From Nematocida ausubeli (Eukaryota), in NCBI RefSeq assembly GCF_000738915.1, contig NW_026515640.1:62001-84012 (forward strand): a stretch of 22,012 bases of DNA, written 5' to 3'. The notes under the pieces were generated by a model. It made no database searches, was not told the origin of the DNA, and saw only the letters and a program-made list of their open reading frames with translations. This document shows, in pieces, positions 1 to 9,923 of this stretch. Numbering within the stretch: position 1 is the stretch's first letter; the number at the start of each line of letters is the position of its first letter. The translations under genes were made by a program, and so were the position numbers.

Positions 1-1428
1 TTAGTCATACACGGAGCATATATCTTATGCAGAGACAACATAACAGACAATAATATCCTGCATAATAAGAAGCTTAAGCTAAAGATAGTATTTGGCTGCT
101 GGTTCTTTGAGATGATTCCAGTGGGCATACAGATATCTGGATATATCCCATGGGCACGCACTATACTTGATAGAATATTCGTGTGTGGCTTCCTGTCGAT
201 TCTTGCTCTAATTGGGAAGGGAATTCTGATAGAACTGTTCCGGGAAAGATTTCTCTCTGGGAGTCTGAAGGACAAGGCAAAGGACGTGGAAATTAAGAAC
301 AGAATCATTAATACCATGCGGGAGTACTGCTATGAAGAACAAAGTGAAGAAATTGAGCAAAGACTTTCTTCTTGCTTCTTGGTGAGCTGCTTGAATGGAG
401 ACGAAGATGATGCCAGCCAAAATAATAATGAAGGCATGGACTTCATAAAGGGAGATGTGGACAGTGTCATAGGAGACGTATTCACTAAATCTATCTTTGA
501 GAAAAATCAAATGACACAGCATGAGATCCTGTCACTCGCCAGGGACGTATTCACAAAGTGCTCAAAGAACCAGAAGTACATCACATTCAATGACTTCTGC
601 GAAATATTCCCAAGCTCTCAGGCAGCCATCCAAGCATTCCTGTACTTTGACATCTCAGATGATAAAAATATCTCAAGGAAGGAGATACGTGATACACTCG
701 GTATGTTCCACTACAACAGAAAGAACCTTCAGACAAGTTTCCACAGTTTAAATAACTTCATTGTAGTACTTGATAACTTAGCCTTAATTGTCACAATAAT
801 CCCACTTATTGTGCTATATTTAATTGTGCTTGGTTTCCCTGTTAAGCAGCTCCTTGCATTCTCACTGAGCAGTGCCCTTATCCTGAACTTCTTCATTAGT
901 GGAGTTGCAAAGGACTTCTGGCTGAATACGTCCTTTGTCATCACGCACCCATACGACATAGGAGATGACGTGATAATTGATGGAAAGGACTACGTTATTT
1001 ATAGGACAAGTCTCTATAAGACGGAAGTACTTGCAATTGACGGAGGAAAGATCTCTTTCCTGAACAAGGCCCTGTGGAATAAGAGCATCATAAATATGAC
1101 ACGTGCCCCGCATAAACTCATCCATATAACATTCAGTCTGACCCCACTTATATCCAAAGAGAAGTTCAAGGTCATGAAGAAGCACATCCTGCAGTATCTT
1201 AGGGCAAAGAATGACATATTCTACGAGACATTCACAATTCAGTCAGAGACAGAGACAGTCTGCAAGATACAAGGGCATACATGTGTGCTTGTCACTAGAT
1301 GCAGATCACTTGGTAGTAAAATGGCTAAATTAGAGCAGAAAATAGAGCTAGTAAGATATCTGAAGGAACTGCTGAAGGAGCTTAAAGTAGAAGGGCCTGC
1401 GCCAAAGGCAAAAGAGAAGAAGAAATAG
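1..1428 (+). CDS. MscS-family mechanosensitive channel, eukaryotic Msy1/Msy2-like with EF-hand; 5'-truncated by the window
   Basis: Frame is open from base 1, before the track start at 112. Contains the HPYDIGD MscS beta-domain motif after TM helices and an EF-hand-like FDISDDKNISRKE. Confidence 0.88.
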   Translation, partial: LVIHGAYILCRDNITDNNILHNKKLKLKIVFGCWFFEMIPVGIQISGYIPWARTILDRIFVCGFLSILALIGKGILIELFRERFLSGSLKDKAKDVEIKNRIINTMREYCYEEQSEEIEQRLSSCFLVSCLNGDEDDASQNNNEGMDFIKGDVDSVIGDVFTKSIFEKNQMTQHEILSLARDVFTKCSKNQKYITFNDFCEIFPSSQAAIQAFLYFDISDDKNISRKEIRDTLGMFHYNRKNLQTSFHSLNNFIVVLDNLALIVTIIPLIVLYLIVLGFPVKQLLAFSLSSALILNFFISGVAKDFWLNTSFVITHPYDIGDDVIIDGKDYVIYRTSLYKTEVLAIDGGKISFLNKALWNKSIINMTRAPHKLIHITFSLTPLISKEKFKVMKKHILQYLRAKNDIFYETFTIQSETETVCKIQGHTCVLVTRCRSLGSKMAKLEQKIELVRYLKELLKELKVEGPAPKAKEKKK

Positions 1429-1465
1429 TTCTGGTTCTTTGTGTTGAAAGGAGGTTAAATTTAAA

Positions 1466-1536
1466 GTGTGTCAGAACCTTACCACTCATCAATACTCAGA
1501 CTGGGGCGGCTTTTATCTTCATCCACAAGTTACACT
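1466..1536 (-). ncRNA. Box C/D snoRNA, predicted guide for LSU rRNA P-loop 2'-O-methyl-G (snR67/SNORD31-like function)
   Basis: Minus strand, in order: C-like TGGATGA (1525-1519), guide GCCGCCCCAGT (1510-1500), D' CTGA (1499-1496), C' TTGATGA (1492-1486), guide GTGGTAAGGTT (1485-1475), D CTGA (1474-1471), terminal stem AGTGT/ACACT. The D' guide is complementary to the conserved LSU sequence (A)CUGGGGCGG. Confidence 0.8.
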
Positions 1537-1754
1537 CAACATAAAAAATATTTTTATTTATAGTTTTATTTTTCCAGAAGAATTCTTTTTTAATTTAAAT
1601 AAAGACTGTTAGTTGTATTGTTATATTGTGGGTTTATACCATTATAGTGTGACTTTATATTGTGGGTTTATACTGTGATTATTTCTCGTTATAACCCGAA
1701 TTCTTGTTATGTATGGGTATTAAATAAACAAATCCTGCTATAACTGGTGCATCG

Positions 1755-2270
1755 CTGACTAACATAATTCTTTAATTTTGCTAGCCTATATTCCCGTATA
1801 TAACCTAGACTAACATAATCTTTTTTTATAAATCGACAACCCCATTTTCCCGTATATAACCTAGACTAACTTCCCTTCATTTTTTTTAATTTTACTAGCC
1901 CATATTCCCGTATATAACCTAGACTAAGTTCTCTTCATTTTTTTATAAATCGACAACCCCATATCCCCGTATATGACTATGACTAACATAATCTTTTTTA
2001 TTTTACAAATCGACAACCCAATATTCCTGTATATGACTATGACTAAACACTATATTCTCATGTATAAATCACTCCAGTATATGACTATGACTAAATACAA
2101 AATATTCCCGTATACACAATAGACTAAACAAATTACTCCAGTATATACAATAGACTAAACATAATATTCCCATATACAAAATACTCCCGTATATGACTAT
2201 GACTAAACACAATAGACAAAATATTCCCCATATACACAACCACACAATATACACAATATACTAAACATTC
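1755..2270. repeat. Degenerate intergenic tandem repeat
   Basis: Recurring ATATTCCCGTATA, TAGACTAA/TGACTAA and AAATCGACAACCCC blocks. Confidence 0.8.
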
Positions 2271-2302
2271 CCGTGTGCATCTGATTTATTCTTTCTGTAC
2301 GC

Positions 2303-2956
2303 TTAGACTGCCACTTCATTCCCAAGGACAGTTATTTCTTCTGTGCCTCCTTCTGTTATGATCATCATCCGGACGCATCCACCAGATGAATTATCCCGGT
2401 ATATCGCATGGGAAACCATCTTCCTGACAAATTCAACTGCCTCTTCCTTTGTCATTCCCTCCTTGAAGGCACTGTCCCCAAGGCCCGTGATGTACGATGA
2501 CCCAGACCCAGCCACTGACCAATTCTGCTCTATTAGTGCCCCACCCAGTGGAATTGAGAATATGTGACCACCTGTTTCATCTACACCTGCCACTATAAAC
2601 CCAGCCATAACCCCTTGGTCAGTCGCATCCCATACTATCTTCTTCATGGAGACAGCCACGTCCTTAACAAGAGGCCTTTGACTATGGCAGAATACTCCCA
2701 TATTCATTATCTTTTTCGCATATTCTGAGATTGCTTGTGTATCTGCAGCTGATCCACACCTGCAAGTGTATACATTATCCATGAGTTTCGTGATCTTCCT
2801 GCTGACCCTGTTTGATACATATGTCCCCATTGATGTCCTGGTGTCAGCCCCTAAAATAACCCCATCCTTATATTTCACTCCAATAATTGTCGTCCCTAAA
2901 CTCACTGCCTGATTATTTCCTGCACTTTCTTCTCCATGGGAACCTTCTCTTAGCAT
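2303..2956 (-). CDS. PRE3: 20S proteasome subunit beta-1 (Pre3/PSMB6)
   Basis: Propeptide ends at VSLG/TTIIG (catalytic Thr1). Motifs GADTRTS, GSAADTQ, GSGS and RDNSSGG present. First ATG at 2956; the track start at 3004 is non-ATG. Confidence 0.92.
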   Translation of the reverse strand: MLREGSHGEESAGNNQAVSLGTTIIGVKYKDGVILGADTRTSMGTYVSNRVSRKITKLMDNVYTCRCGSAADTQAISEYAKKIMNMGVFCHSQRPLVKDVAVSMKKIVWDATDQGVMAGFIVAGVDETGGHIFSIPLGGALIEQNWSVAGSGSSYITGLGDSAFKEGMTKEEAVEFVRKMVSHAIYRDNSSGGCVRMMIITEGGTEEITVLGNEVAV

Positions 2957-2982
2957 ATGCAAATAAAAACACAGAAATATAT

Positions 2983-3321
2983 ATGAGCATAGTGACCATA
3001 CCAACCCTCATGAAAGAGTCACAAAGCATATTTGAAGAAAGTATCCCATCTTCATTGTATGCCCGCATACCAGAAGCAGATTGGACTGAAATAATTCGAG
3101 ACCTGAATATGTTTATGACTAAGAGACAAGACAGACTTATATTCCGAGTACTTGCTCCTGTTGTAATTGGTAATATTATGAGGACATGTATACAGATATA
3201 TGTGGATATTCAGGTGACTAAATACTTAACCAAGAAGAATCTTATTTTAAGTCACAGTGGCATATATATACACCACCCTAAGGATAGACAGTATGCAGGA
3301 CTGGATATTTCCATGGAGTAG
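2983..3321 (+). CDS. Erf4/Golgin-A7 family protein (DHHC palmitoyltransferase accessory subunit), putative
   Basis: 112 aa from the ATG at 2983. Patterns F-x3-IP-x2-L-x2-RI-x4-W-x3-I-x2-LN and C-terminal GIYIHHP-x4-Y-x-GLDI resemble the Erf4 domain. Recognised by eye, not by HMM. Confidence 0.6.
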   Translation: MSIVTIPTLMKESQSIFEESIPSSLYARIPEADWTEIIRDLNMFMTKRQDRLIFRVLAPVVIGNIMRTCIQIYVDIQVTKYLTKKNLILSHSGIYIHHPKDRQYAGLDISME

Positions 3322-3357
3322 ACTAATTAATACTAATAAACTTTTATTTTGAAAATA

Positions 3358-4098
3358 ATGCACAGTCATGAACAAGAACTAAGGCCATATGCATTTGCAG
3401 AGGCACCGAAACAAGTGCACTCACAAGGATATGTGACAGGCACAAGTATACTTGCTGTGAAGTATAAAGATGGTGTAATGGTTGCATCTGATACGCAATT
3501 ATCTTATGGTTCTTATGCTAAGTATAAAAATATTGAAAGAGTTGGGGCTGTCTCAAAGAATATATTCTTGGCTACATCTGGGGAGTACAGTAATTTCCAG
3601 GAGTTGATAAAAAATCTTCGGATTCAAATAAATCCACCTGGTGATAAAGAGGTATTTTTAGGGCCACGGGAGTGCTTTAAGATGGTAAGGAATTACATGT
3701 ATGAAAAAAGGTGTAAGGGTAGGCCTGAGATGAATACTCATGTGATTGCTGGGATTGAGGAAGTTCCTGCTAAGGGTACCCTTCCTTATGAGGATGATCA
3801 GAGTGGGAAATTCTTGGGGGTTGTTGATCACTTAGGGAACTTTTATTTTGACAATGTTGTTGGGACTGGGTTAGGGGCTCACTTGGCAATTCCTGTGCTC
3901 CGGGCTAGGATTGGGACTAATTTAGATCTCCCAGAGGAAGAAGCTTATAAGATTCTGACTGAAGCCATGGCCACTTTGTGCTACAGGGACTGCAGGGCAT
4001 CAGATACAATACAGGTCTCAAAAGTCACAAAGGATGGCATCACCATATCCAAGCCATTTGTGCTGAGTACGTCCTGGGATATTGCAAACATGATTTAA
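3358..4098 (+). CDS. PRE4: 20S proteasome subunit beta-7 (Pre4/PSMB4)
   Basis: Motifs VTGTSILAVKYKDGVM, SYGS, SGEYSNFQ and LCYRDCRAS, plus the C-terminal W. First ATG at 3358. Confidence 0.92.
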   Translation: MHSHEQELRPYAFAEAPKQVHSQGYVTGTSILAVKYKDGVMVASDTQLSYGSYAKYKNIERVGAVSKNIFLATSGEYSNFQELIKNLRIQINPPGDKEVFLGPRECFKMVRNYMYEKRCKGRPEMNTHVIAGIEEVPAKGTLPYEDDQSGKFLGVVDHLGNFYFDNVVGTGLGAHLAIPVLRARIGTNLDLPEEEAYKILTEAMATLCYRDCRASDTIQVSKVTKDGITISKPFVLSTSWDIANMI

Positions 4099-4129
4099 AA
4101 TAAACGATTTACTGTTATTCGGGGTATTA

Positions 4130-4375
4130 ATAGGTTATTTATAGGTTGTGGATAGATTGTTGGTATTATGTGGTTATTAGTTGTTAATATACCGTTAAAT
4201 ATGGTTTTTAGTGGGTAGATATACCGTTAAATATAGTTGAATATGGTTATTAGTTGTTAATATACGGTTAAATATGGTTATTAGTTGTCTATATACAGTT
4301 AAATACGGTTATTAGTTGGTAATATTCGGTTAAATATGGTTGAATGTGGTTATTAGTGGGTAATCTACCGTTGAA
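4130..4375. repeat. Degenerate tandem repeat, unit about 31 bp
   Basis: Repeated GTTAAATATGGTTATTAGTTG units. Confidence 0.8.
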
Positions 4376-5517
4376 TACTTTCGGGATTTGGGTAAATATA
4401 ACAACTCCTAGAGACATGTACAAGCATAATATAACCCGATATATTTAGAGTATCCCGAATATTCTTAATTTTCTTTCAATTTTAAACTATCCACAAATTA
4501 TATTTCTACAAAAACATATTGCAGACTTTTTATTCTGCACTCAGATAGAGATAATTATTCACTCCAAAGAATCCGTGTAAATTTAAGTGCAAATTGACAG
4601 GAGTAAACAGAATATAAGTATACAATGGAATTAGTCTGAGAATAATTGGTAGCCCACACAATATATATCTGGGTTATATTCAGTATAATAATCCGAGTGA
4701 AGACAAGATTCTTCGTATTTTCACATGTCACTAGTAAGAAATATATTGAACATGAATAAAAAGACAAAGTATATTCACCAAGTGATAAGAATAAAATATA
4801 CTTGATAACTACCTCTATCTACTACCCAGTTAATTTATACTAATTCTTCTCTGAATATTACTTCTCTTTTGTACCGTCAGTCTTTTAGTTTTTTGTAAAG
4901 AATTTAACACGAATTCACTCAGAAGCACAAAGGCACTAAATAGTACGGGAAAATAAACAGTCAATAAAAATACGTTAATATAAGCCAAGAATATCCTAAG
5001 ACTAATAGGATAAGACATGATAATAGTGATAAATATTCTGCCTAAGATGGAAATATGACAAGATAATACTGATAAATAGAATTTACCTCTGTACTATGCA
5101 AAGAATTTTCTGCAAATTCCCCAAGAGACAAGAATTTAGTTAATAGTTAAGCAAGAATAATTCAATAGATATATTTTCATTAAAAAATAGTGATAAATAC
5201 AACAGGAAAATACTCTTATTATAAAGATACCCATATATACCCAATATATACCTGTATATACCCAATATAACCCGAGTTTCCTAGTAGTAATATATCCCTA
5301 TATCCCTATATCCCCAATATAACCAGAATTACAAAAAACAAATTGATTTGTCCGTTATAAGATACTTCAATCATACAGTGTACTTCTTGTGGTGTTTCTA
5401 TTAAATAGTCATTCATTTGATTGGTGTAACATGAGATAGTATTTTCCTGAAGGAAATACTTATTGGTTTACTGTGTTACGTTTACAAAGTGACACACTGT
5501 AGATCATTTCAGACGAT

Positions 5518-6426
5518 ATGCAGGAATCAAAGGAAGTCAGCCCAGAATCATCTACTAAAACAACAGAAAACGATAAAACCACAATGCACAATAGTAAACC
5601 CAATGAAATTACACCACAAAGTAACCCGAATACACAAGAGCCTAAGGTTAGCCCGAATAAGCACTCAGACTCATTCAAGGAAACAGAAGAGTCAAAACCC
5701 TTTCACATGGCAGAAATCTCAGACAAAGAGAAATACTCCCAAATAAAGCAAGAATTCCAAGGAAAGAGTCCACTTGAGAAACCAATGGAATTAACAATGA
5801 AGCTCTTTGTGAGCAGGTGGTTTGAAATATTATTTGATATTTCTTTATTCATTGGGATTTTAATCCCAGAGAACTATGAATTTGGTCACATACTGTATGA
5901 AAGGTATATTTACCATGGGATAAAAACAAAGTCATACAAGGATCATTCTGCTTCTGAATTATTTGACTTAATTTGCCCAATAATTGAAGGAATTGTGTGC
6001 TTCTTCCATACGGTTATCTTTGTATTCGAGTCATTCATTGGGATTGAAATCCCAAATGGCCTGATGATCTCCATTTACACCTCACATCTCACATGTCTAT
6101 TGATCTTATGTCACGTTGAAATTATAGACAGAAAGAAGACCTTGCAGCACCATCCCATTATAACCTACTCAATAGAACTACTTGTCCTTGTACTTTCCAT
6201 CTTTATTACAGTCTCTTACTTTAAGACACACGAGAAATATCAGTCTGTCTTGATGATATCCACAATTCTAACACAATATTTATGCAGGACACTAACCCGT
6301 CTTGTCTCTGCAGAGCATAACCAATTCCGTAATAGACTTAATAACTATGCCACTAGAATCCTATTATTTATGTCTCTGTGCTTTTTGGTAATTCTCTTTG
6401 AACTCTGCCATATATACTTTGTATAA
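5518..6426 (+). CDS. Hypothetical multi-pass membrane protein
   Basis: 302-aa ORF with a hydrophilic S/T/E/K-rich N-terminus followed by about 5-6 hydrophobic segments. Stop lies 15 bp before the next ATG. Confidence 0.75.
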   Translation: MQESKEVSPESSTKTTENDKTTMHNSKPNEITPQSNPNTQEPKVSPNKHSDSFKETEESKPFHMAEISDKEKYSQIKQEFQGKSPLEKPMELTMKLFVSRWFEILFDISLFIGILIPENYEFGHILYERYIYHGIKTKSYKDHSASELFDLICPIIEGIVCFFHTVIFVFESFIGIEIPNGLMISIYTSHLTCLLILCHVEIIDRKKTLQHHPIITYSIELLVLVLSIFITVSYFKTHEKYQSVLMISTILTQYLCRTLTRLVSAEHNQFRNRLNNYATRILLFMSLCFLVILFELCHIYFV

Positions 6427-6441
6427 AATTCTTAACTTTTA

Positions 6442-7119
6442 ATGGGCGCAAATTCAAACGACAAGCTGACAGCACCAGAATTAGAGAAAGAACTTTCAAA
6501 GATGAAGATTCAACCAGCCACCACAGACACATCAGATGATGACTCTGATTTTGTCCCAGTAGGTTTCGATTACGATGGGTTTAATACACTAGCAGCAGGA
6601 ATTCACCACTTAGAGAAGCCAGAAACCACAGGACAAGCACAAGCAGACACACTTTCCTACGAGATGCTTCTGGCTCGTATTGAGAAATACTTGAAACCAT
6701 CAGACATAGAGATAGAAAGTAAGACAAAAATACCTATATCCATAAGAAGAGACGGAGCCACTAAGACATCCATTAATATAACAGAAATATGCAGGGTTAT
6801 ATGCAGGGATGTATCTCACCTTAGACAATTCATTGAAGTAGAACTGTCAGTTAATTGCTCAATAGACGGGGAAGAAAGACTTGTTATTAAGGGAATATTC
6901 CCAGAAGCACAATTACAGAAGGTAATCCGGAACTACATCAAGCAATATGTTTCATGTGGAGTATGTGGTTCATTAGAGACACTTTTGCAGAAAGAAGATA
7001 AACTTCTTTTTAAGAATTGCACGGCCTGCAATGCAACACAATCAGTTAATGCGATACAACAGGGTTATAAGGCCCTTACAACAAAGAGATCTGTTCTAAG
7101 GCGGAAGGCAGCAGAATAA
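6442..7119 (+). CDS. SUI3: Translation initiation factor eIF2 beta subunit
   Basis: SYEMLLARI helix, core with RLVIKG and YIKQYV, C2-C2 zinc ribbon CGVC...CTAC, and C-terminal GYKA..KR. Confidence 0.9.
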   Translation: MGANSNDKLTAPELEKELSKMKIQPATTDTSDDDSDFVPVGFDYDGFNTLAAGIHHLEKPETTGQAQADTLSYEMLLARIEKYLKPSDIEIESKTKIPISIRRDGATKTSINITEICRVICRDVSHLRQFIEVELSVNCSIDGEERLVIKGIFPEAQLQKVIRNYIKQYVSCGVCGSLETLLQKEDKLLFKNCTACNATQSVNAIQQGYKALTTKRSVLRRKAAE

Positions 7120-7141
7120 ATACTCATTGTTTTTTTTATTT

Positions 7142-7561
7142 ATGGATTGGTCTGATTACTTCAGCACGTACATGCAGCTGCCTGGGACAATAAAGGAGGG
7201 TGCCTTAGTATATGAATATTCTGTGATAGCACAAGACACAAATGAAATATTCCTGGAGGAGACTGTAATAAGACAATTATGGCAGGATACTAAACCAAAG
7301 GAATCTGTGGTAATTAAGGGTTCAAAGTATCTTTATATTAAGGATATTGTTGATGAACAAGATGGGTACTCTATAAGTTTATATCAAAAAGTAAAGTCAG
7401 AAGGAGAAGATCCAGAAGAAGCAAATGGATTATTTTCTGCCAGGATGGATACTTTATTATGGGTGGGTACGTTTAATAATAACCAGAAGACGCAGGTTAT
7501 TTCATTTGTGGAGCCAATTGCCTCACACATATTCACGCATATAGTGCAAAATGAGGAGTAA
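7142..7561 (+). CDS. Profilin-like actin-binding protein
   Basis: 139 aa. N-terminal MDWSDY (cf. MSWQxY), SVIAQ and VVIKGSKYLYI match profilin patterns. Confidence 0.65.
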   Translation: MDWSDYFSTYMQLPGTIKEGALVYEYSVIAQDTNEIFLEETVIRQLWQDTKPKESVVIKGSKYLYIKDIVDEQDGYSISLYQKVKSEGEDPEEANGLFSARMDTLLWVGTFNNNQKTQVISFVEPIASHIFTHIVQNEE

Positions 7562-7599
7562 ATAAATGCGAAATATTTTAGGTAAAGGGAATTCGGGTA

Positions 7600-7945
7600 T
7601 TTATGGGGTGTTTGTGGGGTATTTGCGGACTGTTTGTGGGTATATTCTGTTTTTTAGTGGTATATTCAGTTGTTTTAGTGATATTTTCAGTTGTTTTAGT
7701 GGTATCTGTGGTTATATTCTGTTGTTTTAGTGGTATATATGGACTACTTTACACTAAATACAGTTATTTTCAGTTATATTTATAATATATTCTGTTGTTT
7801 TAGTGGTTATATTCTGTTGTTTTAGTGGTATATATGGTTGTTTTTATACTATATTCAGTTATTTATGATTATTTTTATACTATTTATGGACTACTTTTAC
7901 ACTAAATACAGTTATATTCTGTTATTTTTATACTTTTTATAATAT
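7600..7945. repeat. Degenerate T/G-rich tandem repeat
   Basis: Repeated ATTCTGTTGTTTTAGTGG, and a duplicated GGACTACTTT(T)ACACTAAATACAGTTAT. Confidence 0.8.
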
Positions 7946-8243
7946 ACTCACTCTTTACACTCCCTTACTATAGTATATATCCCTTGATACTAGTGTATTT
8001 TTAGTAAGATTTAATGGAGTGCCCGAAAATACGTCATAAATTAAGAGATTTAATCTATTGCACCCTGGGGAATAGTCCTTCCTATGGGACTGTTCCTTTA
8101 ATTAAACAATTTCTAGTGAATTTCCATGGTGTGTTATAATTGGTCACTGGGATAATTCTCTCCTGCTAATTATTTCTAAATGGAAGAGGCTTTTATGCTG
8201 TGTCTAATTACGGGTTATAAATAGAAAAGAAAATTTGCAGAAA

Positions 8244-9095
8244 ATGGAAAATATTCAAGACTGGGTGCAGCTGGTCATAAAAGAAGAAGTTTCAGTCAGG
8301 GAGATAACTAATGCACTTGAAACGGAAAAGATAGAAGCACAAAGTATCTTGGAAATACTCTTCTTAGACTACTTAAAAATAAAGAAGAGAGAGTTAAATC
8401 TGGAAACCATTCGGTACGCAGATAAAAAGACAGAAATCGCAAGAGTAATAGAGGAATGTACAGAATATCTTAAGGCAATGCAGGAACTAGCCAGGAATAA
8501 AGAGATTTCCATAGGGGATAAATTATCCATGCTTATTGAGAAGACAGTAGAGTCTGGGTATATTATAAAAAGAGAAGAAAAGATATACCTATCCCAGGAG
8601 AAAGAGAGAATAAAGAATAAGCTAGCAGAAGCACCCTCTATAGGAATAGCACTAGTATATATAAGCATATCTCTTCTTACAAGACTAGAGATGATTAAAA
8701 TAGAAAAGAGTATTTTGGAATTACCACAAGACACACAGGAAGGGAAGTCACCCAGTAAGACAAGTATGCCCTTATCTGTGCACAAAGTACCTACGTCATC
8801 CCATCCTATTAGGATAACAGGGCAAACCAGCCAGGAAGATATTCAGAATATGCTCAGACAAGAAAATTCATACACAATGACAATAGAGCAATACGGGGAA
8901 AGAATGATGAAAATAATGGAAGACCAAGGACTATCACTAGCTCCATCAGAGGTAGCCTCAAATGAGCCAGAAGATGCAGACATCCTAGCAGACTTAGAGC
9001 CAGCCATAAAAAAGGCCCAAGAAGAGCAAGAGAGACAGAAAAAAGAGAAAGACGATCTATGCTATGGAGATGGAAATAGAATAGGGCGCAAGTAA
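8244..9095 (+). CDS. TAP42/alpha4 (IGBP1)-like PP2A-associated protein, putative
   Basis: Helical N-terminus, YTMTIEQY (cf. PTMTxxE) and C-terminal DD...GDGNR, as in the TAP42 family. First ATG at 8244. Confidence 0.62.
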   Translation: MENIQDWVQLVIKEEVSVREITNALETEKIEAQSILEILFLDYLKIKKRELNLETIRYADKKTEIARVIEECTEYLKAMQELARNKEISIGDKLSMLIEKTVESGYIIKREEKIYLSQEKERIKNKLAEAPSIGIALVYISISLLTRLEMIKIEKSILELPQDTQEGKSPSKTSMPLSVHKVPTSSHPIRITGQTSQEDIQNMLRQENSYTMTIEQYGERMMKIMEDQGLSLAPSEVASNEPEDADILADLEPAIKKAQEEQERQKKEKDDLCYGDGNRIGRK

Positions 9096-9119
9096 ATTTG
9101 TTAAAGTAAAATAAAGAGT

Positions 9120-9415
9120 AAAGAAGTTATAATATAGTTATAATAAAGAAGTTATAATATGTTCATACTTGGGTTGATTATGTGAATATTGGTATTAAGT
9201 GAGTATTAAGTGAGTATTGAGTGAGTATTGGTATTGGGTGAGTTTTAATGTGATTATTGAGTGAGTATTGAGTGAATCTACTTAAATATTGACAAAATAC
9301 ACTTAAATACAACTAAATATTGACAAAATACAACTGAATATAACTGAATATTACATAAATCTACATAAATACAACCAAATATTGACAAAATATTACATAA
9401 ATACACCCGAATATA
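9120..9415. repeat. Short degenerate tandem repeats
   Basis: GTGAGTATT units followed by AAATATTGACAAAATAC units. Confidence 0.75.
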
Positions 9416-9689
9416 AGTGAACAGCTTTTATTTTTCTAGTAGAAATATTTTCGTGATTAGCAGAAACCTTTTGAGTTTTCCTGCCTGCACTAGATTATAT
9501 TCAAGCAGTAGATTTACTGTGATATTTTGGGAGGACAGAATGCATCATAATTTAGTCACAAATACATCTATTAATGAAGCACAGGAGACTAACAAGTACT
9601 ACTAAGTCAGAATATAACCCGAGAATATACTAAGATATACCAAGATATAACCCATCTGTGCTTTTCATACAAAAACAGTTGTATTTTAG

Positions 9690-9922
9690 TCTACTACTAC
9701 TACTAGACAAAGAAATATTCTACTACTACTACTAGACAAAAAAGAAATATTCTTCTTTCTACTACTATCAAGAAATAAAATATTCTAATACTACTACCAA
9801 GAAATCCTACTACAGCAACCAAGAAATAAAATATCTACTACTACTACTAAGAAATAAAATATCTTCTACTACCAAGAAATCCTACTACCAAGAAACCCTA
9901 CTACTACCACCAAGAAATATAA
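9690..9922. repeat. CTACTA/CCAAGAAAT degenerate minisatellite
   Basis: Repeated CTACTAC...AAGAAAT units running up to the Sec22 stop. Confidence 0.8.
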
Positions 9923-9923
9923 A

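Noticed and set aside
1755..2270. Repeat arrays as possible CRISPR
   Set aside because: Units are degenerate with no unique spacers, there are no cas genes, and the context is eukaryotic.
2957..3004. Extended non-ATG or upstream starts in the ORF track (also 2887, 3349, 7127, 8235, 12199, 12907)
   Set aside because: The extensions are AT-rich or overlap neighbouring genes, and family similarity begins at the downstream ATG.
4555..5180. Short hydrophobic minus-strand ORFs; the 4830-5018 frame extends to an ATG at 5180 through two stops
   Set aside because: Could be a decayed membrane-protein gene, but there is no recognisable homology and T-rich DNA yields such ORFs by chance.
5491..5515. 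GATCATTTC resembling U3 snoRNA box A
   Set aside because: It sits just before a CDS start with no other U3 boxes downstream.
7603..7785. Hydrophobic ORFs in repeats (also 2069-2254 and 14528-14725)
   Set aside because: They are translations of low-complexity AT-rich or minisatellite DNA.
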